Shown here in pieces: positions 8,768-20,076 of a DNA stretch of 64,000 nt. Under the pieces are notes generated by a model. It worked only from the letters and a program-made list of their open reading frames with translations, had not been told where the DNA came from and ran no database searches. The DNA comes from Methanotrichaceae archaeon (GTDB taxonomy: Archaea; Halobacteriota; Methanosarcinia; Methanotrichales; Methanotrichaceae), in NCBI GenBank assembly GCA_963748825.1, contig CAVVKN010000018.1, forward strand, positions 87,493 through 151,492, in the 5' to 3' direction. Numbering within the stretch: the first letter of the stretch is position 1; each line of letters opens with the position of its first letter. The translations under genes and the position numbers were made by a program.

Positions 8768-11700
8768 ATGCCGCAAGATGCCCCCTCCCCCCAGGGCTTT
8801 CGAGTTCTGGTAATAGTCTCCCGGCCGCTGGACCTGCTGGACCTGCCCAACTTAGCTGACCAGTGGGCCTTGCAGGGCGGCCTGAGACGGGTCCAGGCCC
8901 TGGCCTACCTGAAGATGCTCCGCCCGCCCACGGTGGAGAGCCTACGCAGCGAGATTTTGAACGGCTACGACATCGTCCACTTCGATGGTCACGGGGACTT
9001 CGGACTGCGCTGCCCTAACTGCGGCGGGCTCCAGTTCGCCACAGCAGAAAGAGTGCGAGCCGCTGCGACGCTCTTCTTGAGGACGAGATGGCGAAGGGCT
9101 ACTTCGCCTTCGAGCGAGAGGACGGCAAACTGGACGCTCTTGGCGGCGGAGGAGCTGGCGAAGATCGTCATGAGCGCGCCGGGCAAAGCAACGAAGTTGG
9201 TCTTCCTGAGCGCCTGCGAGTCGGCCAAAGGAGGCGAGGCCAGTCTCTTAAACGCTCTGCTGTCGTAGCGGCGTTCCTGCCGTCCTGGGGATGAATGAGT
9301 CCGTTCCATTAAAGGCGACCATGGCTCTGACCACGCCCTTTTACGCTGGCCTGGGAGCGGGCATGACCATCGCCCAGGCCTTCCAGAATGCCCTGCCTGC
9401 ATTTGAAGAGGTTGGAGAACGGCAGCAAACTGCAGAAGATCCCGGTGCTGGAAGGGCCGGGAAAGGATGTCAAGATTCTGCCGACAAAAGTCAGCGGGAG
9501 GGCAAGCTTTGAGGCGGAGCGGCTCTTCGGCCTTCCCGAGCACGAGTTCGTGGGCGACTACATCCGGGCGATCCGCCGCGCGGGCGCAAGGGGCTTCTCT
9601 CTCAGGCCATGGATGCTCTTCAGTCCGGAGAAAAGCTGGTCGTCCTCACCGGGCAGGGAGGCATCGGCAAGACAGTGCTGGCCTCGGAAGCGGCCCGGCG
9701 GCTGGCCTGGCGCTATCCGGGCGGCGTCTTCTGGCGGAGCGCTGCCGAACTGGAGACGACTGGGCCTGGAGGAGATGCTTAATGCCTTTGATAATGTCTT
9801 TGGACTAGAGTTCCGGACGCTTCCCCTCGATGCAAAGCGCGACCAGGTTTTGGGCTATCTCAGGAATTACGATACAGCCAGCTTGCTGGTGGTGGATAAC
9901 GCCGAGAGCATCCAGGATCAAAATCTTTGGCGCTTCCTGGAGGGCATCCCCCAGCCCAGCGCCGCTCTGGTGACCACGCGGGAGAGCCTGCCGTGCGGGG
10001 GCCGGGAGATCCGAGTGCCCGAGATGGAGACAGAGGAGGCAGGCAGGCTGCTCATCAGCAGAAGCGCGCCGGCGCTCGCCCAGGTGGGGAGAGCACTTGA
10101 GCCCGGCTGATCTGCAGAGCCTGAATGAGATCGCAGGCTTCATGCAGGGTCATCCACTGGCCATCAAGCTGATTGCGGCGCTCATGACTAGCAGAAGCCT
10201 GGCCAGCATCAGAGACGAGCTGAGAAGAAATCCACCTAGAGAAGTATCGGATCGTTTTGATGTCTCTTACAGAAGTTTGACAGAAGGGCAGAGAGATCTC
10301 TTCTGCCGCCTGGCGGTCTTCTCTGGCTCCATGACGGAAGAAGCCATGGGAGCATTTGCATTGAGGAAGATCAAAAAGGCAATTGGAACTGGCAGAGCGA
10401 TCTGGGCGAACTGGAACGCAGATCCTTCCTGGACAGAATTGAGATAGAGGCTCATGATGATTCGGGCAATGAGGTCACGCTCTATCGCTACCGCCTGCAT
10501 CCGCTCATGCGCCAGTATGCTGCCGGAAAAGCTGGAGAAGAGCTTCTGGCCAGATTTAGATCGAAGGCTGCTGATTATTTTATGGGATATGCTCAACATT
10601 TTAATAATAGCTACGATATGCTTGAGATGGAAAAGGGAAATATTCTTTCTTGCATGGAATGGGCTAATCGATGAGATTCGCATGATCCAGATCGGAATTC
10701 ATAAACTGGGAAATTGTCTCAAAGAATTGGCAATTATGCGAGAAGCTCGCAAGCTTTACGAACATGCAATAGGCTGTGGAGGACTTGCTCCGCATAAGGA
10801 GTTGGGACAACGGCATCGAGTAGCTAGGCAGCTCAGGATAGATCAGTACCTTCAGTAACCTATCCTTTCGCTTTCTCGTCGATGCTATTGTTTCATCCAG
10901 CATCACATAACCTGTTTTGGCTGTGGGCGAGAAGATGAAATCAAAGAGCCACTCAAGATATACCCCAAAACCACAATCAGGATTCTCTTTAAAATCCGCC
11001 AGCAGTTCATAATAGTGCCATAGCCGATCGATAAAACCACTCAGCAGAGTTCTATGTTGTTCAAGAACGGGTGTTAGTTTCCTATAATGCCGTATCTCAT
11101 GTATCCAGCATAACCCCTGCTTTGAAGATATGGAATGGAATTGCTGGGCAGCATCCGAAACCATTGGCTTGTCTATTTGCTCGCCTTCTTTCAATCCGAA
11201 AATGGGTCTCAAATCATCTTTGCTTTTTCCGCCTAGAATGAAGAACGAGCCGAACTGATCATTGCACACCACGTCCAGATAATGATTTTTCCCTGCGTGC
11301 CTGGCACCAGTGTCATCTATCTGAAAGTAATCTGCGTTCTCCATACCGGTTTTGAATATCGCATTTTTTTCGGCGGTAAATTCTTCGCGCTTCTCTTCGA
11401 TCATGATGTTTGAGATCGTGCCTTCAGAGATGATGGTGCCGATGCTCTCCAAGATCTTCTGGATTTTGTTCTCGGTTACTCTTCCCAGGTTATGGAGGGT
11501 GATCGCGAATGCTTTCAGGCGGCTTCCAAAACTGGTCCCTTGCAGATCCTTTGGAAGTTTCGCTTCGAAGGTCTTTTTTAAGGAAGGCGAATAGAATCGC
11601 TCAAGAAGGCACTCCATGTTGCATGTTTTAAATGCAATGTCTTGAATAACTACGCTGCGAAAACCCTTTGGAATCGCATCATCTGGAAGAATGCTCCTAT

Positions 11701-12746
11701 CGACGCAGAACTTCTGAATGCGATCTATCTTGACTCTGGTTATTTTGGCTTCTTTTTTCCAGGGTTTGGATTTACCTACTTGATGATTGGGTTTGTCACG
11801 AGGAATATCAGGAACGTTTGGCAGTATCTTTGGTTTGTCTAGATGCTTTAGATCAGAGGTCGGCATTCAAAATATTGAGCATGTTCAGCTTTACCAGCAA
11901 AGTATGAAAATTAGTCGGGAATTATGGGATGTGAGAGGAGAATCTGGCTCGCTTCATAATTTAGGCGTTCTTGCCTATGTTTGCGGTGATTACGCCGAGG
12001 CCCGAAATCACCTTTACCAGAGCTTGGAAATTGATCAAGAATTGGATGATAAAAGGGGGGTGGCTAATTCTTTAAATCATTTGGGTTTAGTGGCTCAAGC
12101 AATCGGCGACTATAACGAGGCCTGCAAGCTCTATCAGCAGAGCCTAAAAATAAAGTTGGATATAGGAGAAAAGAGAGGTGCATCCAGTTCGCTTATCAAC
12201 TTGGGCAATCTGGCCCAGGCAACTGGCAACTATGAAGGGGCCCGGAAGTTCTATCAGCAGAGTGTGGAAATTGATCAAGAATTAGGTGATAGGAGCGGAG
12301 AAGCTAGATCGTTGCTCAACTTGGGCACTCTAGCCCAGGCAACTGGAAATTATGACAAGGCCCGGGACCTCTACCAGCAGAGCTTGAAAATTGATCAAGA
12401 AATGGGTAACAAAAGAAGCGTGGCCAAATTGCTGAACAACTTAGGGACCTTGGCTCAGATCACTTGCAACTATGATTATGCTAGCATACTCTATCAAGAG
12501 AGCTTGAAAGTTGATCAGGAAATAGGTGATAAAAGAGGTGTGGCTAGTTCTCTTCACAACTTGGGCGCAATATCCCAGGTCACCGGCGACTATGCCGAGG
12601 CCCAAAAGCTCTACCAGCAGAGCATGAAAATTATGCAGGAACTAGGCGACAAGAGCGGCATTGCTCTCACCCAGGCACAACTAGCATCTCTGGAAGAGAA
12701 AATGGGGAATAAGAAAGTCGGCTTTGCAGCTCATTCTTCAGGCTGA
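8768..12746 (+). pseudogene. CHAT (caspase-like) protease / NB-ARC STAND ATPase / TPR protein, multiply frameshifted and interrupted by an IS66-like segment
   Basis: Across frames: DIVHFDGHG and LVFLSACES (CHAT His/Cys), LVVLTGQGGIGKT (Walker A), LLVVDNAE (Walker B), GHPLAIKL, YRLHPLMRQYA, then about seven 40-aa TPR units from about 11880 to 12746. Confidence 0.85.
10826..11880 (-). mobile_element. IS66-like transposase segment, truncated at both ends
   Basis: ORF 10664-11866: FGSRLKAF, ISEGTISN, FQIDDTG, MVSDAAQQF, LCWIHEIRHY, LLKVLIYPELP. No terminal inverted repeats seen; boundaries approximate. Confidence 0.75.
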
Positions 12747-12841
12747 GGCGAGCTTTTCTGGAACTGGGTAGCCCCTACGCAAAACTGGCCGGAGAGGTCA
12801 GGCAAAGACTGGATCAAAATCAATGAGATAGGAGAACGATC

Positions 12842-13057
12842 ATGCTCAAGATACAATGCTTCAATGAGAAATGCACTGCACCAGGCCGAATATTTCAGTG
12901 GAATGAGCGTCCACACTTAGAGGCAGACGGTAGGCTGGCCAAAGAAGGAGACGAAGGAGCGGTATCGTTTGTTGAGCTATGCCCATCCTGTGGCACCAGG
13001 AACAAGATTCCGGGTGACAAAGGTGCAAGAGAACGACGTAAGAAGGAAATGATTTAG
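12842..13057 (+). CDS. Small zinc-ribbon protein
   Basis: 71 aa with CFNEKC and CPSCG cysteine pairs; GGAG-like site upstream; co-oriented with neighbours. Confidence 0.65.
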   Translation: MLKIQCFNEKCTAPGRIFQWNERPHLEADGRLAKEGDEGAVSFVELCPSCGTRNKIPGDKGARERRKKEMI

Positions 13058-13075
13058 ATTGGGGAGGACACAGAT

Positions 13076-13556
13076 ATGCCAGACAATGCAGACGCACCGG
13101 ACGCCATCGGCGAGCCCGTCACCGAGCTGGACGAGTTCTGGCTGGAGACGGCCAGGACCGCAGTCCGTGAGTCCATCGCCTCTCTGGAGGAGGCGGCCAA
13201 GCAGCTCATCGGGGCTGTGACCCTGGTGGAGGGCATCTATTTTGCTGCCATATCCTTCAGCGACCTGCGAAAAGTCATGGCTGTGCAGGGCATGGAGGCG
13301 TGATTTTCGCATCCTGCTCTTCGTGAGCCCCATCGTCCTGTGGCTCGTCTGCCTCTTCTTTGCGGTGCGGGTCTTCACACCCGAGACCTACAAGACAAAC
13401 CTCAACTCGCCCCAGCTTGCCGAGAAGTTCTACCGGGAGATGGTCGGCTACAAGCACCGCAATTTGAAGAGGGCCTACTGGGCGCTGCTGGCCGGGTTTG
13501 TGCCGCTGGTATTCGCCGTGGTGTTCTACCTCAAGCTCCTGGACGGGCCGGGCTGA
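13076..13556 (+). CDS. Three-TM membrane protein resembling Pycsar-type (PycTM) effectors; one frameshift near 13300
   Basis: Joins ORFs 13076-13303 and 13242-13556: EEAAKQLIGAVTLVEGIYFAAISFS / LWLVCLFFAVRVFTP / YKHRNLKRAYWALLAGFVPLVFAVVFYL; GGAGG upstream. Confidence 0.6.
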
Positions 13557-13857
13557 AGGCTTTGCTCTGGTACCACTCGTTGTTTCGAGCGGGATCCCGA
13601 ATGGGAATTGGCCAGAATTTTAAAAGGCAAATGGACTTCGTCCTGATCGATTTTTGCACATAGAAATTCCACCAGAGTCGCGGCAAAGTGGCCCAGGATC
13701 ATCCTCTTTCAGGCTCCCGTGCTTGCGGGCAGGGCGGGCGCGTCGGGGCTTACGGGCTGGGCAAGCAAATCAGAGATAACAGGAATGGAGCCTGCAATAG
13801 CAGGTCTAAGGCCTGGACGTATTTGACTTCCGTAACATCAATCTAGGAAAGCCTCGC

Positions 13858-13968
13858 CAGAAAGGATCTGATCTATCTGATACAGAATTGGCAGAATTTG
13901 CTTTTTCAAGATATCCCAGAGTATCTCTTCATCCAGGCCGAAGTACCTGTGAACAGAGATATCCCTTC
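13858..13968 (-). pseudogene. HepT/DUF86 (HEPN ribonuclease) C-terminal remnant
   Basis: Minus strand reads RDISVHRYFGLDEEILWDILKKQI (RxxxxH motif). Confidence 0.65.
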
Positions 13969-14019
13969 CAAGCCTGGCAGAGGACCATAGACAGAGTTTT
14001 GTCAGAAATTAATGTGCAG

Positions 14020-14306
14020 TTGTTCAGCCATTACTGGCCGAACTCCCACCCTAGATCAATAGGCTGATCCTCCTCCCTGCTGGCGGTCTGTTTTTATTGC
14101 CTCTGCATGCCATACCTATCTCCGATGGCCGGCTCCTCTGCCAGCGTTACTGCATAAGCTATCAGCTTGCGAGACAGGATTGATCGATGTTATGAAGGGC
14201 AGCGCAGAGGAGTTTGTTGGCCTTCCTGCGGGGTTTATGCTTGCGGGAGTTCCCTGTGTTGTGAGCAGCCTCTGGTCGGTACCGGATATCTCCACTGCCC
14301 TTCTGA
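14020..14306 (+). pseudogene. Second CHAT-domain remnant with internal deletion
   Basis: RLILLPAGGLFLLPLHAIPISDGRLLCQRY joined directly to LSACETGLIDVMKGSAEEFVGLPAGFMLAGVPCVVSSLWSVPDISTALL. Confidence 0.75.
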
Positions 14307-15241
14307 TACCAGCATCCTATAGTTGAGGCCTGAAATAATTATATCTAAACACTTGCGTGTGGCCAGCCTGTCCTTGTGGGTGGGGTATATTTCGGGCCGC
14401 ACGACCGGTTCTCCGGGATTCAGAAATCATCGGGTCTTCGTTGCTCAGATCTTATTCACGATCCTCTGTGCTCACGAAATAATAAACCTTCAGCAATACC
14501 TACTTTGAATATTGAGATAATGTCAATGAACATATTATTTCAGCGAGTTGATCCATTTCGCGCAGCAAAGTGGCTAGTGAATCCCAATGACTGAGCTTGC
14601 AGGTTGAACTTGCTGGTAAAAACATGTGGGCATCCCGTCCTCCACATGGCCATATACCGGTAATTACTTCCAAGTTGCAAGCTGCGGGGCATCAAAGGCG
14701 CCGCCGCATGATATTCTGTATTTCACAAAATCACCTCTTTTGAAACTAATATGTTCAGTAACCTTAAGAACTTTTGCATTTAAGATACACTAATTAATTT
14801 TATATTGGAGTTAATTTTTTCTAAAAAATATAAAGATAATTAGAGCCAATTCCGTTATCAATCGGACTTTTGTCGCATTGGCATAATAATCTAGGCGGAA
14901 GAAATTTCTCTGCTAAATGTGATTAATTATCAATTTTTTTTATCTCATAAATTAGAAACCAAATTTCTTAATACTATTATTATGTGGATTGCAGATAGCT
15001 TCGCGAATAAACTGCTAAATTATTTTGTAATTATGCCTGTATTTCCTATCGTATTAATACTGAAACCATTAGCTTTATTTTTACAGAGTTCGGTTTCATT
15101 TTTAATACTATTATCTCTATTACAACTACGATCATTTTCTTGAATATCCATATGATATAATCCAACAATTGCTTTCGATATGTTTATATCCCTTAAAGGC
15201 AAATTCTTCGTATACTCAATAGAGTATAGGGGTGAATTAGA

Positions 15242-16123
15242 ATGAAGGGAGTAGTAATAGCGACAGCTTTAATTCTAATGCTATGCTGTTGTACCGCATT
15301 GGCCAACCCACCATTGGTTCCGCCAGTACAGTACGAACAGTTTTGTGAAGCACAGAAGGTATCCGGAAACGGCGTTATCGATGTCAGTACCTCAATAGTC
15401 GATAAGAAGATCGCTCTGGAGTACTTCAACAACATGGCCGGAGACGGCGATTTCGAGCTTGACCAGGAGCATGCTTACTCGCAAAATTCCGATAAGCTGC
15501 TGAGAAATATAACCTCTGTCAACGGTGGAAACGAGTCTGAGCTCAATCTATTTGAGCAGACCAAGCTCACCTACGCCAGCAAGGACACGCCTCTTATGGG
15601 TGAGAAGTTCCTGCATTCCAAGGCGTTTTACGGAGGCATAGGTGCGAAGATCAAGGAGTCTTTTGCGGTTTATGAAATGGAGAAGGATCAGACCTCTTTC
15701 TTTGTCTCAACCACGCCCTACAATCCCCAGGAACCGCCGGCAACGCCTGTCTGCCAGGACTACTTGCAGCTTCTGGCATTGTACTATCCACGGGAATATG
15801 CCCAGTACATGGCACAGACCACGCACACCATAACTCCTGAGCAGCTCATTAAGGAGCTCAAGGATGCGGGAAGGGACACTGCCCGAGTGGCTGCCCTCAT
15901 GGGCAACAATCCGGCCCACGTTATCGGCCTTGAGACCAAGAATACCTTCAACGGCACATGGGGAACAGATGCTACATGGCATAAGATATTCTACAAGGAT
16001 ATCAACGCCCACGAGATGTTCTCCGGAACATTCGAGGCAGAGAAGACCATCAAGTTCCATGAGAATCCCGTGCCCGAAAAGGAAGGAGGACACCACCTTG
16101 CTTGCGACGGCATAGATTGCTAG
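15242..16123 (+). CDS. Secreted beta-rich hypothetical protein
   Basis: 293 aa; signal peptide; Cys near both mature termini; GGGGTGA site upstream; T-rich tract downstream. Confidence 0.75.
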   Translation: MKGVVIATALILMLCCCTALANPPLVPPVQYEQFCEAQKVSGNGVIDVSTSIVDKKIALEYFNNMAGDGDFELDQEHAYSQNSDKLLRNITSVNGGNESELNLFEQTKLTYASKDTPLMGEKFLHSKAFYGGIGAKIKESFAVYEMEKDQTSFFVSTTPYNPQEPPATPVCQDYLQLLALYYPREYAQYMAQTTHTITPEQLIKELKDAGRDTARVAALMGNNPAHVIGLETKNTFNGTWGTDATWHKIFYKDINAHEMFSGTFEAEKTIKFHENPVPEKEGGHHLACDGIDC

Positions 16124-16444
16124 AAAACCGGCATTCTAGCTCTTTCATCTTTTTTCGCAGTTTTCTTTCCTCATTCGATTATAATATTCTGGGTGAGTTT
16201 TGGTACTCGCAAGTCCCGATCTCGTTGTCATTTCGCAGGGAAAACTCTTGAGGCCAACTATGTACGGGAAAACTTATGTGCAAATCAAGAGGCGAGGCCG
16301 AGGCAATTTTGTTTGTTGTTTGGTCTTTAGTAGAAAGCCTGTGTGCTCACAACTCATAAGCCAATAATGCAACTGCTTTGCCCGCAAAAAATAGAAAGGA
16401 GATCCTTAGATTTAATCTCCCTGATTTCATTGTCTTTATTCTTT

Positions 16445-17044
16445 TTACACTGGGCCGAGTGGTGCTACAACTTTCTTGTAGACCTCGTTGAGGACCTGGG
16501 CCAAGCCAGCGTAAACGGCAGACAGTCCGCAGATGATTCCCTCATATCCTGCCAGCGTTCCTATTGCAGCACTGCCCAGGTAATCTCGGGCGGCAAGCAA
16601 GAAGAAAAGGATGGTTAGCGAGAGGAAGACGAACTGCAGGGCTCTGTTGATGCGCAGCGTACCCAGGAACATAACAAATGTGAAAAGCCCCCACATAAAG
16701 AAGTATGCTGCAAAAGCTATCTTGGATGTGGCTTCAGCAAGTCCAAGCTTAGGCAGAAACAGCAAGCCCACCAATGAGAGCCAGAAAAGGCCGTAGGATG
16801 TGAAGGCGGTAGTTCCAAAGGTGTTGTTCTTCTTCCATTCCATTATTCCTGCAATAATCTGGGCGAGGCCGCCGTAGAATATCCCCATGGCCAAAATCAT
16901 GGAGTTCAGCTCGTAGTATCCGGCATTGTGGATATTCAGCAGTATCGTAGTCAATCCGAAACCAAGCAGGCCAAGAGGCGCTGGATTGGCGGTAGTGTCT
17001 TTGAGGATCAGAGTATCTATCGTTTGCTTCCTCGTTTCTTGCAT
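16445..17044 (-). CDS. satP: Acetate uptake transporter (SatP/GPR1/FUN34/YaaH family)
   Basis: [33 protein letters not shown]; six hydrophobic helices. Confidence 0.93.
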   Translation of the reverse strand: MQETRKQTIDTLILKDTTANPAPLGLLGFGLTTILLNIHNAGYYELNSMILAMGIFYGGLAQIIAGIMEWKKNNTFGTTAFTSYGLFWLSLVGLLFLPKLGLAEATSKIAFAAYFFMWGLFTFVMFLGTLRINRALQFVFLSLTILFFLLAARDYLGSAAIGTLAGYEGIICGLSAVYAGLAQVLNEVYKKVVAPLGPV

Positions 17045-17329
17045 AGTCTTATTTCCCTCCTGAATCTTCTTCAGTCGGTTCTTAATATTAAATTGTTACC
17101 CTTAGAATATAAATTAATAATAGTGTTTAATGTTGAGAGTTATTTCGAAAAAGAAATCTTTTTGTAATGTAAATCAGGATTTATAAGTAAAAATAGGTTG
17201 CATAGGTCTATCATTGTTGTAAGACCGCTTCCACCTTTAGCCTTTATTCATTTTTTCTCCCCTTCTTTTATAAGACTTATGATACTGAAAATCATGCCCT
17301 TCGCGAAATCTTATGTGAAAAACATCAAA

Positions 17330-17836
17330 AAAGTGAAGCGGGGCATTGTAGATACGATTTCAGCTCGTCATTCTGCCAGGATTTTAAAAAAAAGGGTCTC
17401 GAACCACACTTGATTCGCTACTGGCTAACACCTGCGCCGGACGAACGGTTTGACGAAAAGGTAGACGACATCAATTCATTGTACCAACAAGCCCAGAATT
17501 TAGCTCAAAAAGGTGAAGTTGTAATGAGCATCGATGAAATGACGGGGGTTCAAGCTCTCGAACGCAAACACCCTGGATTGCCAATGGCACCAGGAAAAGT
17601 GGAACGAAGAGAGTTTGAGTACGTCAGGCATGGAACTCAATCATTCATCGTGAGCTTTGCGGTAGCCAGCGGACGGATTGACACCATTTCTTGCGGCGAT
17701 ACGCGCAATGAAGATGACTTCGTATCGCATATCAAGGAGGTGGTTGAAAGCTCTTTATCCGCATCCCGCTGGCACTTTGTCGCTGACAACCTCAATATCC
17801 ATAAATCAGAATCCCTCGTGAGGTATGTGGCCGATA
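17330..17836 (+). mobile_element. IS630-family transposase fragment
   Basis: SIDEMTGVQALER, EFEYVRHGT, VADNLNIH; TTTTAAAAAAAA slippery run near 17385; truncated at both ends. Confidence 0.8.
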
Positions 17837-18050
17837 GTACTAGGGATTTCCTTTCTGATCCAAGCTCAAATCTTTAGGCTAATGCTAAGCATTTCGCCTT
17901 TTAGAGCGTTGATAATTTTATAGAATGATATAATTTTTTCTTTTTTCTTTTTCAATCCGCTGTCAAAGCATAAAGATAAGACACTCTCGAAGAAAATTCT
18001 CAGAGCGTTATACAGAAAAATTTATATATGACCAGCGATAAGATATATAT

Positions 18051-18115
18051 AGATCCGGGATTTCTTAAGCGATTTTTAAGTCATCCATCCCCTCAAGATG
18101 AATAGACCCGGATCT
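18051..18115 (+). ncRNA. Candidate hairpin small RNA with CCATCCCCTC loop
   Basis: Terminal stem AGATCCGGG/CCCGGATCT; GAAAAATTTATATA (BRE-TATA-like) about 25-30 nt upstream. Confidence 0.4.
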
Positions 18116-18214
18116 TCTCCTTAAATATCTCAAGAATCATTATGCAATTCTTCATCGCACATCTGAAATCCCTTTCGGATGCGTTTGGCTTAAATTCTCA
18201 TCTTTCCTGGATAT

Positions 18215-18613
18215 ATGATTATGATCGAGATCAAGACAGGGAAACCAGTGGATGTTGTTGATATCACAGATCACGTTGAGCGAACTATGCGAGAGAGCGG
18301 CGTAGAAAACGGCATCTGTCTGGTCTATTCTCTTCATACAACTACTGGATTGACCGTCAATGAAGCGGACGGCGCATTGATAAACGATATCTTGGACCTT
18401 CTGCAGAGAATTGCTCCTAAGGGTGCAGGCTACCAGCATGATCGGGGCGACGGCAATGCTCATGCCCATTTGCAGGCAACCTTGCTTGGAAATAGTGTCA
18501 TCATTCCCGTTGAGATGAGGAGACTGGCCCTGGGGACGTGGCAGAGGATTCTCTTCTTCGAATTGGACGGGCCCAGACGGAGAAGCATTTTTGTTCGGGT
18601 GCTGGCCGATTGA
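18215..18613 (+). CDS. yjbQ: YjbQ/UPF0047 family protein
   Basis: HTTTGLTVNE, NAHAHL, LGTWQRILFFELDGPRRR. Confidence 0.9.
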   Translation: MIMIEIKTGKPVDVVDITDHVERTMRESGVENGICLVYSLHTTTGLTVNEADGALINDILDLLQRIAPKGAGYQHDRGDGNAHAHLQATLLGNSVIIPVEMRRLALGTWQRILFFELDGPRRRSIFVRVLAD

Positions 18614-18661
18614 TGCGCTAAAAAAATACTAAATGAGGGAAAAATCCCTCGAGCCTTCAGC

Positions 18662-19534
18662 TTATTTGAATATGGTCGTGCCCGTGGTCATGGTCAGCTC
18701 TTTGAAGGCCGCCATGAGATCCTTTGTGATGGTTCCGGGCTTGCCGGTGCCTACGACCCTGCCGTCGACCTTGGTAACGGGCGCAACCTCTGCTGCTGTG
18801 CCTGTAACGAAGACCTCGTCTGCCGTGTAAAGGTCAAACAGACCTAGATCCCTCTCCATGATTTCGTTTCCGCGGCCCTTGGACAGCTCCATGACCGCTT
18901 CTCTGGTTATGCCCTTGAGATTGTTTACGGTAAAGGGTGTGTAGATCTTACCGCCTTTAATGATGAATATATTGTCTCCGCTTCCCTCAGACAGCAACCC
19001 ACGGGAATCGAGGATGATGGCCTCATTGCCGCCTTTGATATTGGCCTCAATCTTTGCCAGGATATTGTTCAGATAGTTGAGGCTCTTGATGTTGGGCGGC
19101 AGGCTGTCCGGTGAATTTCTGCGCACAGTGACGCTTATTGCCGTGAGGCCAACCTCGTAAAGGTCTCCATACATTGCCCCCCACTCGACGGCAATGATGA
19201 TGATCGAAGCCAAGCTGCACTTATTAGGATCCAAGCCCAGGTCACCGAAACCTCTGGTAACAATGGGCCGGATATAAGCATCACGCAGGTTATTCTTCCT
19301 CAGCGTCTCCAGGATTGCCTCGCACATTTCCTCTTCGCTCATAGGAACGCAGAGCAAGATGGCTTTTGCCGAGTCAAAGAGCCTTTTGACATGGTCCTCT
19401 AGCCGGAAGACGCGCCCTCCATAGGCTCTTATGCCCTCAAAGACTCCGTCTCCATAGAGAAATCCGTGATCGAAGACCGAAACCGCAGCCTGTTCCGCCG
19501 GAACAAACTTTCCGTTAAGATAAATTAGGTTCAT
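18662..19534 (-). CDS. ilvE: Branched-chain amino acid aminotransferase
   Basis: [46 protein letters not shown]. Confidence 0.95.
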   Translation of the reverse strand: MNLIYLNGKFVPAEQAAVSVFDHGFLYGDGVFEGIRAYGGRVFRLEDHVKRLFDSAKAILLCVPMSEEEMCEAILETLRKNNLRDAYIRPIVTRGFGDLGLDPNKCSLASIIIIAVEWGAMYGDLYEVGLTAISVTVRRNSPDSLPPNIKSLNYLNNILAKIEANIKGGNEAIILDSRGLLSEGSGDNIFIIKGGKIYTPFTVNNLKGITREAVMELSKGRGNEIMERDLGLFDLYTADEVFVTGTAAEVAPVTKVDGRVVGTGKPGTITKDLMAAFKELTMTTGTTIFK

Positions 19535-19662
19535 AGAGCATCTCGTCACCGGACAATTGCCGAGGATAAATGCATTTTGATCGTTTTGATTATGAGTGAA
19601 TCGATGGGTTTATTAGTGAAGAAAGGAAGGAGGGTGCCTACTTTTAACGGGGTTTGGAGCTT

Positions 19663-20073
19663 ATGGCAAGACTTGGTTTCGTAGTCTCGGAGTTCAATAG
19701 GGACATTACCTATCAGATGGAGCTATTGGGCAGAGAGCATGCCCGGTTCCTGGGAGCAGAGGTCGCTACAGTCTTTTATGTTCCCGGAGTTTATGATATG
19801 CCCATTGCGGTGAAGAAGCTGCTTCGTCGCGAGGACATCGATGCGGTCGTGACAATTGGCTGCGTCATTCAGGGGGAGACCGCTCATGATGAAATTGTGG
19901 CCTCTCAAGCGGCCCGAAAGCTGATGGATCTGTCCCTCGAGTTTGACAAGCCAGTGACTCTTGGCATAACCGGCCCCAAGATGTCCCGGCCGGATGCCCA
20001 CAAGCGCGTGGATTATGCCAAGCGAGCAGTTGAGGCGGCGGTCAAGCTTTTGCAAAGGCTGGATGGTGTTTAG
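19663..20073 (+). CDS. ribH: 6,7-dimethyl-8-ribityllumazine synthase
   Basis: [35 protein letters not shown]. Confidence 0.93.
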   Translation: MARLGFVVSEFNRDITYQMELLGREHARFLGAEVATVFYVPGVYDMPIAVKKLLRREDIDAVVTIGCVIQGETAHDEIVASQAARKLMDLSLEFDKPVTLGITGPKMSRPDAHKRVDYAKRAVEAAVKLLQRLDGV

Positions 20074-20076
20074 ACC

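Noticed and set aside
9260-9295. TAG at 9266 as pyrrolysine read-through in the CHAT gene
   Set aside because: The protein continues in a different frame (SGVPAVLGM), so this is an indel, not an in-frame amber codon.
11787-11880. N-terminus of the 319-aa TPR ORF as an independent gene start
   Set aside because: The first 30 or so residues are the antisense of the IS66-like segment; the TPRs belong to the interrupted NLR gene.
14740-15230. AT-rich tract with small ORFs
   Set aside because: No repeat, hairpin or protein motif found; probably the regulatory region of the 15242 gene.
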